Below are positions 1 through 14,600 of a stretch of DNA of 64,000 nt, piece after piece. The first letter of the stretch is position 1. Every line of letters begins with the position of its first letter. Source of the stretch: Ophelia neglecta (taxonomy: Eukaryota). The notes below the pieces were generated by a model. That model made no database searches. It had not been told where the DNA came from and was given only the letters and a program-made list of their open reading frames with translations. A program made the position numbers and the translations under genes. The stretch is taken from assembly GCA_965285935.1 (NCBI GenBank), contig OZ260666.1:49290001-49354000 (forward strand), written 5' to 3'.

Positions 1-3000
1 ACCCATATTCTTTTAATGACAAAAAAAGAAACCAAACTCATATATGAAGTTCTTATATCTTTAGAAATTCCATTTATCAATATGACTTGGTCATTTAAAA
101 TTGTAAAATGAAATAAAGTAATCAGTTTTGACAATCGAAAGGGATATGTAACTAATTAACACCCCCCAGACGAAAATTGACAGTAGGCTAGTCCATCGGC
201 TGTCAAGTCTGTCGACATGCCAACCGTGACGTAATGCGGTCAGAGTTTGTTGTGGTATCCACTATGTTGCTAAGGGTTTGTAAAAGTTTGTTGTCGTATC
301 TAAGAACGTCGCTAAGGCTTGCGGTTACTTTAAACATAAACAAATGACGTGTGACCTGTCTCGATTTTAAAAAGGTCACCCCGACACATATTGGCAGTGA
401 CAGTCTACATATGTTGCTCTTCTGTCTGCAATCATGTGAATCAGTTATTTTTTCGTGATAAATGATCAATCAATTTGGAATTAGCTGTTCAGAATTTGCC
501 CGTCAAATTACGCACACAAAAGCAAATGTTAGGACCTTCTTTAGGCCTATAATTTCCAAACCAAGGCCGGTTTTGAAACATGTTTTTCGCGGAAATTTGA
601 CACAGGGTTAGTGGGGCTCGGAAAATATTTGACAAACACACGCTTATAACTTTACAATTTTCTTGCATTCAGCCTGATCTCAGCTAATGTATCGAAATCG
701 TGTTAGCTTATAGGCTCTTCCTTAAACTTTAGTGTTAAAGTACGAACATTTTTTACACTCATTCTTACTGGATTAGGGAGAGATGTTTTTATAATAGGAC
801 CGGAATGGATACCCCTAAAACAATTATTTCTCAATTATCAGTGTTAGTACAGTTCCCGGGGTTCTGCCGAATGGATGAATTTGTTTCCTTGCGTTCGGTA
901 AAACTGTGGACAATTGTGACAGAGGACCAACGTAAAAGAGACTGATTGCCGTATAAAATCGTATCTTGGTTATTGGATTAGGTTTAGATACAGCGCGTGT
1001 TTGAGAATAAACCAAATGCTCACTGAATGCAAGTAAATTGGCATATCAGCCGTGTTTTGCGAAACAAATTCACTTGACATGATTTATAATGACACTTGGC
1101 AAGTTCCACAGCTGGTGGTTTGTGCTAGCCAGTTGGCAGTTGAGGAAAAAAAGAGGAATCTGTCGGGTGTAAAATGGAGGGAGAATGATTTGGAGGGGGG
1201 TGAGAGAGTGGAGATAGCGTAAATGAAATATGGGGGTGGGGAGAGGTGAGGATTTGGAAGGAGGCAAGTGGAAGGAGCGGGAAGTGATTTGGTTTTGGGG
1301 TGGGAGGGAGGGGGGGGGGGCATAGAAATATAGCAGAATAGTCCGTGGCTAATATTTATGTTGTTCCTTGTTTTACGGCCTTCGGGTGAAAGCAATTGGA
1401 GCATACGACATATTGTCTAATTCGTTGTACTGATTGCATCCAATGTTTGACCTTCGAATTCGGTAAAACATAGAATCTGATGACACTTATTTGACTGCGC
1501 GATTCTCCCGTAATCCGTCTAGGTGCCCTTGCGCACGCCAATATTTGATTTGGTTTACCGTGGTATCCATGGATCTTATGCGAGCGAATCTAGGCTGGCC
1601 AAACCACGATAGTTAATCAATCTTTGACCTCGGGGATTGTATAAATGGTCCCAGGATTTGTTTGGCGACATGTTTTGAGAAGGGCTTACGTACTTATACA
1701 TAAACCATGTTGTAACAAGACCTGGTAAACACGGACTGCACCAAGTGTGCTAATATCCTAGTATATGTTGGAAGTGGCTCCAATCTTTACTTTTTAAACG
1801 GAAAACTTTGGTACATTATCAATCCGGACTATTGAAATTAACAGTTAATCATTCACACCAAGTCGGTCTTATTTGAGAGATTTGAAAAATGATATTATTA
1901 GAGGCAAATGAATGTTGGCGAATGCAATATGAACTAATTTCGACAATATGCGCAATTCGTCATTGGTTTTCCACCTCTGATGGTGATAGCGTAAATGTGG
2001 GGATTCTGGAGGATGGTGCACACATTACGTGTGTGTGTGGGGGGGTGTGGGGGTGGGTGTGGGGGGTGGGTGGGGGGTTCTGGGAGGAAATGCACCGAAA
2101 GAAATCTCTGCCGGGGCCTGGCAGTTTGCCCGCCTGACATCATTTAACTAATTTTGACTTAGGCCTAAATGAATTCATTTCGATCAACGATTTTATGTTG
2201 TCTTATCGGTATCCAATCCCGTTTGCAGCCCACTGAAGCTTATCATAAACAAAGTTACATCAAAAGCTGTACACTTCCAAATGAAGTAAGTACCAGAGGA
2301 AATTTGTAGTCATGAAAGGAAAAGACACCCATGACATGCTCCTACATGAAGAATATAGAACAATGAATATGCTTCGGATGAAGCGTGCTCAAGATGCTTT
2401 CCCACGGATAATCACTCCATAGACAGTCGGCTCAGATTGAAGCACATTCTAAAGAAACCACCTTCAATTGGAATCGGGCTTAAAAGAGTGCCATTTTTAT
2501 GAAACCCGCTCTTGTAAAACTAATTGAAACATGATCTGGTCAAGTAATTAACTCTAAGAAAGTCATACCAAAAAAAGCACACATACCAGCGAAGAATCGA
2601 AAGTGCCTTTTTATTTGAAAAAAATGTCAATTGAAGGAAGTATTTATGAAAGAAACTGGCTCTGAAAGACAACCGTCCTGGAAAGGAAGGAAGTAGTGTA
2701 CTCTTACCTAAATAGAGTGGTGGAGTTCTTAACCTGCATTTCATGATACACTTAACACGAAATAAGTGTATGTTAATTAATAATGCCTTCCTCCCTCTTG
2801 CTGTAGAACATACTCCCCCTCTCCTCCTCAGATCCCCGCCCTAACTTGGTCATTCATAGGCAGACACTTCCCCCTCTCACCCGCCCTCAGCTATATAATA
2901 GTCTGACCGGCCCCTTTATCATATTATTCATAGGGAGTTAAATAAATGTTGTCTAGCAGAGCAGGCCTAATCCTTGGCTGTGCATCAGTATTGGATTTCG

Positions 3001-6000
3001 ATGTTTTATGGTTTAATTAATGACCAAATATTAATTCTGCAATAGCGAACAGTAGCGAGTAGATTCAGTCCTCTGAGGTAATAAAATACTACTGGTTTAC
3101 TAATAATATATATTTAACATTTCACACATTTGAAATATAAAATGCTTTCCATATTTCTTAGCATATTTCTTTTTCGAGATATATCCGCGGTCACCGATAG
3201 TCTTACAGTTATAAGAGAGTGTAGACCAGGACAAACTCTCCTCAGCCATATTTCATCATTTTGCTTTGACTCAAATCTAAGGCCGCCTTATTCCGAGCAC
3301 AACGTGCGTGGAATAATAATCAACCTTTGGATTATAATGAATATGAGTTTACATTCCTAGGTTTGATCCTCAAACCAATACTTCGTTTCTTTTCATTATC
3401 ATCGCGCAAAGAAAAATATCGTCCAGGAGACAAGCCCCAAAAATTGGCCTTACAATATAAGTGAGTTTGGTCAAGGTTTTGTTTAATGAAATAATTGCTT
3501 CAGAGATTCTCAATAGAGAAACTGATGGATGCCACGTTGTCATGGTTGATAAATGGAAAGAGGACCATCTAAAGCCCGCAGTTGGAATTGTTTCCAGCCA
3601 ACTCTGACCCATTACATATATATAAATTTAAAAGTCATGCATACCAACAAAAAAACACTCGAACATACATAAGTGCATTTATACCTAACACCCATAAATG
3701 ACTACATTCATACACAAAATATGCCTATATACAAATAAATACAAACGCGTTCTTACACATACACCGACTGAATATATATATGCAGACAAAACTATTCGAC
3801 ACACTCAGAATATGTCCTAGCTACGGGAATATTGTTGAAATAAATAATAATTATAATCAAAAAAGGTATATGACCTGCGAATTGTCGATTCAAATTCGTG
3901 AGAGGCCCAACAGTTTATTCACTTAATAAGCATTACCCGTTTACGAGATTTGAAGTGTTTAAATTTGGCATTACATATTAAGGCATATCACAAGAGACCA
4001 GGCAGTCCTTTCCTCGAAAGAGCAAAGGTCATTTTTGCTGGGTTTTGTATAATAAAGAATTTTTGCGATGACAGAAGTGTTACAAATCGATCGCTTTCTG
4101 ACATAAAGACCAAAACTAGGTATAATACAAGATATACGCTGCGAGTAGGTTCTCTAATAAGTTTTATTGCCGCGCAGGACAAAGGCGTTACTGTTCAACC
4201 TGCACAGGCGCAATTTAACTGTATTTTTTGGTCTCGTATCACGACCTCTATCAATCACCAGACTGTGACTTCTAAGCCGAATTTTTGAGCATGCAATTAT
4301 AATTTTGAAAAAAGACTTGTGTAAAGCTCAGTATCTCAATGTATTGGTCACTGGAATTGTTCAACTGCACACACGGGAAAGGCGTATTTAAGGGATACCT
4401 TGTTTGAGCGTATAGTAGAGTTGTTCAACCCTCACCGCCTACTTTATTACTTTATGTATAGAGTTTTCTACATTTTGTAATTGAGCAGCAGTGCCTGGAC
4501 ATAATTTTGAGCCTTTGTTCACCCCTCTGTTCGTATATTTGGTAAAATGACTCCCAATTTGGACTCCTGAAATGTAACCGATATTAATAGAATGGGAATG
4601 CTGAAAACCGAAATTACTTAATTTTAGCCCATGTATAAGACAACTTTATCATCACCAATATCAAAACAAGCATTCTCATCATCTTACATAATAGTTGTTA
4701 GGTTATTCTTGTAAATAAGTCGTTATCTAAAGCAATATCATGCATTTCAGTAGGAAGGAATACTATGTGCTCTGGCTCATGGCAAGTTATAAATTTATAT
4801 TTCTACTCTGACTCGCATATTTGAAAACCGGATATTTATGTAGAGTTCTTATGTAGAGTTCTGATGAAGACAGACTTGCCTCTGAAAATTCCAATATTAC
4901 CCGGCGTTTTGCCTTAGATTTGTGATATTATTTAGTAATTTTTTCGGCTTCATACCTTAATGGAACTGGGGAGATCTGTTTTATGGACTACCTGCTGATC
5001 GTACCAAAGGAGTTCCGACTGAGTTTATGGTACATTCTTGAATGCTGATTACACGTTGTCTGCCGAGTATCCTCTCCCCGTCTTCAATGAATGTGTTATT
5101 GCACCACAACCTGCTCTAGTGGAGTAATCAATATCCCGTTTTTGAATAAGCTGAACTTATACGTGCAGTATGACAATTCCAATGAATAAGACCACTTTCT
5201 TGTGTAACCACTGGGCTTTTTGGCCTTGGGAACCAATACTGATGTTTTACATTTTTACAATACTCTCAGTCGTAAGCTGGAATACAAGGGAATGAAAGTA
5301 CGCTATCATTTCCCATCTCAGTCGACTATCACTTTGGTTAAGGATATAATCCACATCGAGTTCCTGCACGATGTTGTAGCGTGAATAATTCACCACGATC
5401 TCCCTAACAGCAATGTTTTTTTTAGAATAGATGGGCTAAAGTGATACACTTCATTACACTCAAGACGACAGCTTTCGCACAGCGGCGATTGAACCAGAGG
5501 AATGATTCACAAATCTGCAAAAGGAAAGTGGGCCTCTGACTTTAGGGTTTTGAAAAATGTAGTGTGCATTATTGATCGAATGCAGCTTTTTTTAATTTCC
5601 GGAATACTGTACTGTGATATAATACAGCCATTTTTATGTGGTACGGATATTCCTCACAATTTCGTTGTTGGGAACGTTTCAACAATGTTTATAGGCTTTA
5701 TAAAAGCCCTATGGTACCTTACCAATTGTTCCTGAACTAGCTGAACTATTACTTTATCTGGCAGTGTTGAAATGCATGTCAATCTATTCTATGGGTATCT
5801 TGTAGTGGAGCCAAGACGCCATCAAACCTAGGCTGAGGTCTTGGATGCGCTCGTTATAATGTAATGATAGAATGGTATACAAGGTTAGCCTTTCAAATCG
5901 ACATTTTTTCTCCTGACAGTATTGTCAACCATGTTCCTCTAGTAACTGGTTACAGTATTTGACAGAGGCGCAAAAGTCGTAAGTGTAATTAGCATTGCAA

Positions 6001-7399
6001 GCATATCAGTCGACCGGAATAACATGATGAGGATGGAAGCATTGCAGTCTTTCATAAAATCTTTAATAAATATTCAACCAAAAGAGACCTTTAGCGTTAG
6101 TTATGTAGGGAAGGGCATGGACAGTCAGTGGTTCTGTCTGAGTTACATCAGCCTGACAACATGGGTTTCACGTGTTGTCCTTTGTGATTCTGGCTCGACC
6201 TGTTTACAGCGGAATGTAAACGTTTAGAGGTGGAATAAACCACATTACCAAAGCAACACAGGGATTTAATCCCAGAACCAATACGCGAGAAACGACAGTA
6301 AAAATCGGATTGACATCTTGGGACGCGGTCATGAATGCCAATACCGAAACCTGTAACGTGGCTTGTGGTTTATTCAAAATGTAATTGGTTTTTTTATCAT
6401 CATACAAGGGTTGCAAAAAAACTGTCTCTCGACAATCCTTACAAATTGTATTTTATGTAGCACAATCTCATTCAAAATATAATTAAACGAACTTTGCAAG
6501 AAGTCGTCTAATAATCACGGGAGCACGAATTCTGTACGGCAAAGAACTAAAAAGAAACCAATTTATTGAAGGACCTATTGGCGTACCATGGATGGGGTCA
6601 CAGAAAATAATTTGAGCTTAACTGAACGAAAATAGATGTTTTACAGTCATAGATTTGCCATTTTGAATTTCATGGTAAACCTTAGTAGTGACGTTGTCAT
6701 TGGTGGAGTGTGGGGGTAAGTCCTTGGGCAAGGGGGGGGGGGGTGTTATAGAGTTGTGACTCCATTTGATGGGGGAGGGGGTACCCTCATACGGTAACTT
6801 TAATATATTACGTATAAATTAATGAAGGGATTTAGAAAGTGCGTATTTATTTGCGTTACATGCAATTATCTTGAGCCACAAAACCTACAAATACCCTTCA
6901 AGTTCACCCCTGCTCTATACCTTATGTAACACCAATGAGGTCCCATGTAAAATATAATCCTTCAAACTAAATTTATAAAGATATCTGTTATCATCTGGTG
7001 ACTCTGTTAGATTGACTTTAATCCTTGTGGACTCGAATATTTTGACCTGAGTACAATTATTTTATATTATTATCATTCCTTTCCTCCTAATCACTATAAT
7101 ATACCTAAGTTTGAGAATATATTTTGTGTGATTCTCTGCCTTATTTTGTTATTTGAAATGCCCAGTATTGTTCATAGTATAATCTGATGAAATGGCATAT
7201 ACAACTTTTTGTTGTTGTCCTGCTCCCAAAACAATTATCCTTTGAACTAGGCAATATGATAAAATAAATGGATTGCACTGCAATTATGTAACACAGGGAA
7301 AATTTGGACGGGCCAAGGGCAGATTGGGACAGCAGTACCATACTTGTGCAATTTGGTGGCACAAAATGTGTTTGCTTCTTGGTCGGTGACCAAAACAAA

Positions 7400-7775
7400 T
7401 CTCGAACCAGGTTGGCTACGTAAAACAAAATCTTTATTGGGGAATCTTAAAGTCGTAAGTTGAAATTCCTGTTTATATAAATCATAAGGACATTCATGAT
7501 GTTCTTTTGGCCATGGACTTTGAGAAGGTATTTGCTTCTGTCGAATGGAACTTTATTTCTGAAACCCTTTTGAAATCTATCCTTGGAGATTATTTAAAAA
7601 AAAAGCAATATGGGCTTTTCACAAAATATTACTAGTTGGTCATTTAATGATGGAAAAAAGCAGTTGCTTTTAACTGCAAAGAGTCGTTTGCCACTCTCAC
7701 CATTATTTCTTCTATTGGGTGCTTAAATCCTGGCATTAAAGATCAGAGCAAATAAGAATATCTACGGTTTGAAAT
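7400..7775 (+). mobile_element. Decayed L1/Tx1-clade LINE reverse transcriptase fragment
   Basis: Translates, with frameshifts and stops, to NQVGYVK..FIGE, LLAMDFEKVFASVEWNFI and PLSPLFLLLGA*ILALKIRANKNIYGLK, matching Tx1/L1 RT motifs. Confidence 0.75.
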
Positions 7776-7781
7776 ATGTAA

Positions 7782-8320
7782 CCATCAGCGCCAGGTCCTC
7801 AGAATGTCCATTAACCCGATCTGACAACATCAGGAACCGTCATTAACAGGCCCCCAGAGTTTTATTTAACACGTCCAACAACTTCCGGAACCGCCAGCGA
7901 CAGGCCCACGGAGTCTCTTTTTATGGCTCACGGAGTGTCCGTTAACCCGGTTTGAAAACCCCAAGAACCGTCAGCGGCAGGACCACAGAATGTCGGTTAA
8001 CTCGGTCCGACAAAATCAGCAGCTGCCGGCGGCCGGCCCACAGCGTGTCCGAAACTCGGCCCTACACCATTAGAAGCCTTCAGCGGCCGGCCCACAGAAT
8101 GTCTGTTAACCCGGTCCGCCAAGACCAGGAACCGTCAGCGACAGGCCCACAGTGTCCGTTAACCCGGTCCGACAACTTTAAGAACTTCAGCGACAGTTCT
8201 ACACTGGCCCATTAACCTTGTCTGAAAACACCAGGAACCGTGCAGGCCCACGCTGCAGAATGTGGCCAGACATCTCCAGTGACTGTCAGCGACAGGCCTA
8301 TAGTGTCCATCAACCGTGAA
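7782..8320. repeat. Degenerate GC-rich minisatellite, about 55-bp unit, about 10 copies
   Basis: Recurrent unit approximating CCGTCAGCGACAGGCCCACAGAGTGTCCGTTAACCCGGTCCGACAACATCAGGAA, with substitutions and indels. Confidence 0.85.
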
Positions 8321-8664
8321 CGGCATTCCCGACGAGTAATACTCGATTTCAGGGGGTGACATCGGAAACCTCAAGCTTGCCACTCTCCAATCACAATAAA
8401 CGCTACTCGTGATTGCTTTGAGTGGCGCGAGCAGCTGAACGCGGGCTGAAATGTGTGCAGTGAATATCTCAGTCGTCTGTCGAGTTCCTCGCGGCCATTA
8501 TCGATCAGGATTGGCAGCAGGAGCAGCAGTTTAGAGTTCCTGATCGAACCGGCCATTGGGAACACTACCTTTTGTTTTTTTCAAACACTGAACTGCAATA
8601 TCGTAGATACAAATAGACTTGGAATTATCTGAAGGGAATTTTCATTAATTGCAAGGCACAAATA

Positions 8665-11600
8665 ATGAGTTGTAATATGACCAATACTGAGAGACGTGAC
8701 TCTAACACGAGCACGCGGGTAATTCTGCTAACTGTTGTGATACTTCTTGTCATTTCGGGGAACGTAATACTCTATCTTCGTCATAGGCAAAAGGTGCGTA
8801 AGTGGTCACCCAAAAATTGGCTGCTCAGCCAATTAGCTCTAATCGGGTTTTTGAATGGATCGATTATCACGGGTGCATACACTATTTTTTCACTTAAAGG
8901 TAAGCCGGAATGTTTGTTCTATCACATATAATAATATTATGCATTTTACACATCTTGCACTGCTGATATTTTTGTGTTATGTTAAGAACTTTATGTAATC
9001 AAGATCACAAAGACCCAAAAATGCATCATATTTCAGTTTCCAATTGGCTCCCCTTTGTCTGTTTTGCATTGAGAATTATATGGCGAAGCAACATTTTGTT
9101 ATTGCAAATAGGTCTGTGTACTAAGTAAAAAAAAAAGGCTTGTATATATCGAGTTTTAGGGCTATTTAAATAACAGTAGGCCAAGGATATCATGCCCCGC
9201 GAAGATATCAGTCGGTGATTGGAGGCCTGATATTTGCCTTTGTATGAGGCCGCGCGAGCATAGATCGCCTCTATGTGAATGTAGAAAAAAACTGGGTTCT
9301 AAAAAGTGCTTAGTATCATTGAGGTGCAGCCATTGAATTCCAAAAACCGTGGTGTCCAGTCTGACTGGGGGCCGCCATGGATTTACAGGAAGTGCGACAT
9401 ACACGGGATACGCCTAGAGCTTTTTTAATGGATTCTGCGTAAATGACGCACGCCTTAGTTATTCTCAGAATATTAGTCTCCCTTCTTATGCAAAGGTACA
9501 GCTCTTGTCTTCTTTAAACTAGAATGTAATAGAAGGTACAACTTTTAAGCAAATCCGCGACCGCTTTAACCATATATTAGGCCCCGCCTTTCAAACATCT
9601 GACATGAATGCCTTCAAGGCCTGCAGACTTCTTAATAATAAACAACAGTAATTCTTTAAGATTCTTTAATTTAAAATCTAAAACGATCAGACAAGACATT
9701 TTTGTATATAATAACCTAGCAAAAAAGCAAAACAAATTACAATCACGACAAGCATGTAGATTGCAAACTGCAAAGTTGCAATACCACAAAACAAAGCACG
9801 AAATCTAATTGACACCTGTTTTCAAACAAAAGTAATATATACTTCGTCCAAGTCGGACCTGAGACCTATGTTATCAGAATGATTACGCTTATTCCTATAT
9901 TGTAGGCCTTACATCGTTTCACGCTTCCGTAATAATAAATTTATTTCCATATTGTTAAACTACAGGCTCTTTGTCATGACATTTTAGCTAATAGCTTTCG
10001 ATAGAGTTTGTATGTTGAATCCGTTTCAGTGCCACATTGAATTTGTACTCTTTTACGTCAAGCATTGTTTGAATATTCTCTCCTATGTACATATCCTCAT
10101 GAAGCCGGTCTGATTGGGAGTGAACAAATTTCTGGCAGAACAAGTTTTATGCTGTGAGCTTGCAGTGGCTTTTGCCGCGAGCTTGTAGTAACAGCAAGGG
10201 AGAGATATTGGACGCCAGTTTATCAAATAAAGCGTGTATTTATCCTTTTTCGGAAGAACGAATATTACATCTTGGCATTGCGTGATCTCTAAGTTAGCGG
10301 TAGCCAAGCTGCTGCATATGGCTTTAACTAACCACGGTCCTATATCTGACCAAATATGTTTTAAAAATCACATGGCAATCCACCAATTCCTTGAGATTTG
10401 TCATTCTTGGTTATATCATGAAAGAGAAAAGCGCTTTAAAGTTTTCCTCTGATTTCTATCCTCCGATTTCCCCTCATCGTTCGTTCTAAATATCCGCCCA
10501 GGTATATTTTGCGTTGATTTACCGAAAGGGAAAATCCTTCCACCCAAGACCTATTGTTTTCACATCATTTCATGACCCTGTATTTCTTCAGCAACATGCT
10601 TTATCCAAAATATAATATTTTCCTCCCAAAGATTCCAGTTAAAATGAGGAGAAATTTGCATCTTATTTCTACTTATCCAGGTGTAAAATCTCTTATGTTC
10701 AGGAAATTTTATGAAAGTTTATTCTTATGTGCAATGGTCATTTTTACGCTCTCTATCAACCAGGGTGTGCAAGTAAGTGCGTCGATTGCTTGGTTTTACA
10801 GTAAAACACTTTTCGTAAATATTACTAAATGCACTATGAAGGTGAGAGAATGATGTTTGAGTATCATCAGTTTCAAGTATAGCGTTCCTGTTTATTATCT
10901 GAAGGGCATAACATAATAATGGCTAATCTATTAAAAAATCTGCTCCTAAGTACATTTTCTTTAGGCTCAGCATTGTTCGGAACACCAATAAAAATACAGG
11001 AAATTGGTCATATCTGTGCCAGGTATAATATGGTTGATATTACTAATATAGACGAATATGTTATCAATCAAGGAAGCTAAGCAGGAAGTTACCCACGGGA
11101 CTTATAACAGGTTGCTTATATCAGGTAACATAGAATAGAACGAAACGACATTCCAGAATTCACAAGTGGATTGAAAGGAATCTGAATTAAACAAGTTTAC
11201 ATTAAATTCTCCCATTATATAACACGTTTTTTCTCCGTATTAAGTTTAAAGGAACATTTGACTTCATTATACTGCCTGAGATCTGTGTCAGCAGGCCGAT
11301 ATATCACCCCAAAAGATTGCTTAGCTGGTGGCCACTCCCTTCGATAAAGAGACTTTCAATAGTCTTATCATAAACAATTTTCTCTCATAGTATTCTATTT
11401 TTTTCCTGTATAAACATAGACACGACGCCACCAAAAATATTATTTCTATAATTATGCACAGCAGTGTATTCTGGAAGACCGTTGCTGTTGATATTAAAAT
11501 CATTAAACCAGCTTTCAGTGAAACCAAATAATGTAAAATCAAAATTCAATAATTGTATGTTAGGTTTGGAAACGTGACAAATTCCTAGGTGCACTTCTCA

Positions 11601-14600
11601 TACAAGTATGAATTAATGATAAATGATTGTTCATGTTGACATCAATATTTTTGACAGCCTGATTTAATGATTTTTCGAACTATCAGTCACATATTTTAGC
11701 CATAGAATGTGTTGATAAATAAATAAGAAAATTAATATCAGGTTCCAAATCATGCAGAGGAGAGTTTTCGATTTCATTGAAATCAAATGGTTCAAACAAC
11801 ATGCTCTCAAGCTTTGTGAAAGTCATACGTTCGTTGGGCTACATAGAAGACATTGTCGGCATTCTCCCGCATAACCATATCTAATGCTACCTGTCAAAAT
11901 CCTCCTAAATTGATCATGACGGTCTACCTCCCATAAGATTCTTCTCTGATTCCTGTTTTGGGATTTTAGAAATATTTCAATACGTTGAGGGTCATTTATG
12001 AAGACGGGGCAATCCTTTAAAACGTGGTCACCCGTGGTTTATATTTAAACAAAACGAAAATTTGGTGTCACAACACTACCAGAGGTTGTAGGACTTGTAA
12101 CCTAACTGACCCAGAAAATAAAAAATGTTCATGCTCAAAATGGAATCATAATCCTACTTACAAATTATAAGGCAAACATGGCAGGTGTTTAGTGTGTTTC
12201 CCATCATTTGGGGCTTTGTTTATAAATAGCGTTTCGACGGCCCTATTATCAAGCTATAGTTTCCTGCTGAATATAATGTCAAGTTCGTAATAGGCAGAAA
12301 CGACCGCAAGACAGGTTAAAATTTCATATATAATTAAATGGCATTGAATGTAAATATCATATAGGTATGTTTTCCTTCTTAAATATTTTCTATTCAATTT
12401 ATTATCTTCAGGAAAATGCGCTTTTGGAGAGGTGTTCTGCCAGTTATATGGGGTGATCAGTTCCGTTCTTATTAGCATCTGGACTTGGCTACTGACAATA
12501 GCTGCTTTCGAAAGGTACAGTAATACAAAACAACGTCGTTTTAATGAGATGGCAATTCTCTATAGGGACATTAGGAGAAGGTTACGAGAAGTTCTAGAGA
12601 GCGATGCATCATAGGCCCTATATCTCCCACGATAATGCTGGAACTTTGTAACGACCATCTAAGGTTGAATGATACAAAGGCAAATGAAATGTTATCAGTG
12701 CAGAGTAACGTTCTCTTACAACATGGGAGTCGACATCCGGCAGACCAGACGAAATCAGTGACCAAGAATAATCCATTTAGACGGTCCGAAATCCCGAGAA
12801 ACCTTCTGCTGCAGGTCAGCAAATATCAAACCCGAAGTCATATACAGCAAATCAGCTTGGAATGAATTAATAACGAATAAAACGTGTAATTACCCGGCTG
12901 AATTCTAGTTTTACTGACAGTGGCCATTATCCGTTTTTTTTTTAAATAATTCAACCGATTTAGGTCTTAATAATGTTTTTTTGCCATGCATCGATAATTT
13001 AGTAGTTTTACCAAATGGGAGGGTGAGGGGGGGGGGGTTGCAATGGAAGAAAGAACCAGCCGATATTTGTCGAGGAGACAGCTTAGGGTGTTAGGGTGGA
13101 GGTTAAAAAATTTAAGCCCCTCTGTTAAGTTTGAAAAGCTAAATTCGGGCATTTAGCTTGTTAATATTTGTCGATTGTTTCGCATGCCCAAAAACAAGAC
13201 ATTCAAGTGTAACGTACTTATTAAATAAAGTCGTGTTTTGTTGGTTTCATTGCGATATAAAGGGAAATGTTCGAGATTTGAACTAATATAGTGATTTTGA
13301 TACTTGATAATAATAGAAAAAAATGTCCGGGTTGGACAAAACACTTTACTTTATTTGATATAATTTACAGTGAAATAACCGGTCAGGATATTGTTACCTT
13401 TGATATCATTAATGTAATTCTTCACGGGCGGGTAGCCCGTTAGAACCCCTAAAAGGTTATTGATGTTACAAGTGTTTTTGGATAAATAATTACAAGAAAT
13501 GTTTTGTAACGTGTGTGTCACTTCTTTAGTTCATTTGATAGTCTGTAATATTCTAATATGATTTACATAATGTACACAAGTTTGTTTTGTTGTTTTCGTT
13601 GCGATATCAAAGAAATAAGGTGATACTTCTCACGGTGTGGGTGGGGATAGAATGCGGCAATATAAGGTTCAATGCAATGAGCCCCCATACCCACAAATTA
13701 ATTGAAACCTGAAGCTAAAAAGATCATTTTAATATCTGATTATCGTTCAAAATATACAACATCACAGACCATATATGTGTCACAGGAGTGGGGTATCTTG
13801 CCATTGCCCTTGAGTACATTGAAAAATAACGTGCACCTTCAACAGGTAGGGTAATAACCGTACCTTTTTTCTTCAGATTTTTATGGCTGGTTTTACCCTC
13901 GGAACATCCGTCCCTTTTCTCGGAAGTTAATACTCGTATAATGACCTGGAGCTCATATCTTCTCATGATGGTTCTCTACCTAGGACCGATCTATGGATGG
14001 GGGGAATACTCTCACTTCAGAGGTATTCAATCTCTATTTGCTTGGCTGAATGTATATACAATTAAAACTAGGTTATAACAGACTATTATACAGACTATAT
14101 TTGTGAGCTGGAAACCAAACACCACTGTTTACTCTTAGCTTGGTTGCAGCGCGATTATATTGTTTTCTGTTGAGAAAACTGAATGCACTGTAATATAACT
14201 ACCTAATATGTCAGGCCTGGTAATTTCTCTTAGCTCTGAAATGTGATCTTTATGAATTTGAAAAATTGAAATCCTAAAATAACATCCCCAAAAGGTCATG
14301 GAAATCATCTTTCCATTTCATGGAGTTTGCTTCTTTGTACTTACGCAGGTACTATTCATCCAATGAAGAGTGAAACGTGAGATTTAGAATAAGCACTCTG
14401 GTCTTGTTTTATGTCGCAGTTAAATCATTTTTGTAGGCAAGGTCGACATCATTCTTACCATGAGTAATATTACCTCGATTGTGGAGGAGAATACGATGTC
14501 AGTGTCCCTCTTTGGCCTGCAGTTCTACCAAACTTACTTGACTTTATTTGGCCAAGGAAATATTTCAATGGAACGAAACATAAAGGATTTACCAGGTCTT

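Noticed and set aside
1150-2085. G-rich tracts (1150-1320, 2030-2080) and the Pro-rich ORFs they create
   Set aside because: Low-complexity sequence; G-quadruplex potential exists but no linked feature supports a function.
7782-8320. Regularly spaced repeat resembling a CRISPR array
   Set aside because: The whole unit is repeated with gradual decay, there are no unique spacers or cas genes, and the context is eukaryotic.
7400-10300. Two opposite-strand Tx1 RT fragments flanking GPCR exon 1 looked like one element split by an inversion
   Set aside because: Both fragments include the same Q-x-G-F/Y...IGE segment, so they overlap in RT coordinates and are better explained as independent insertions.
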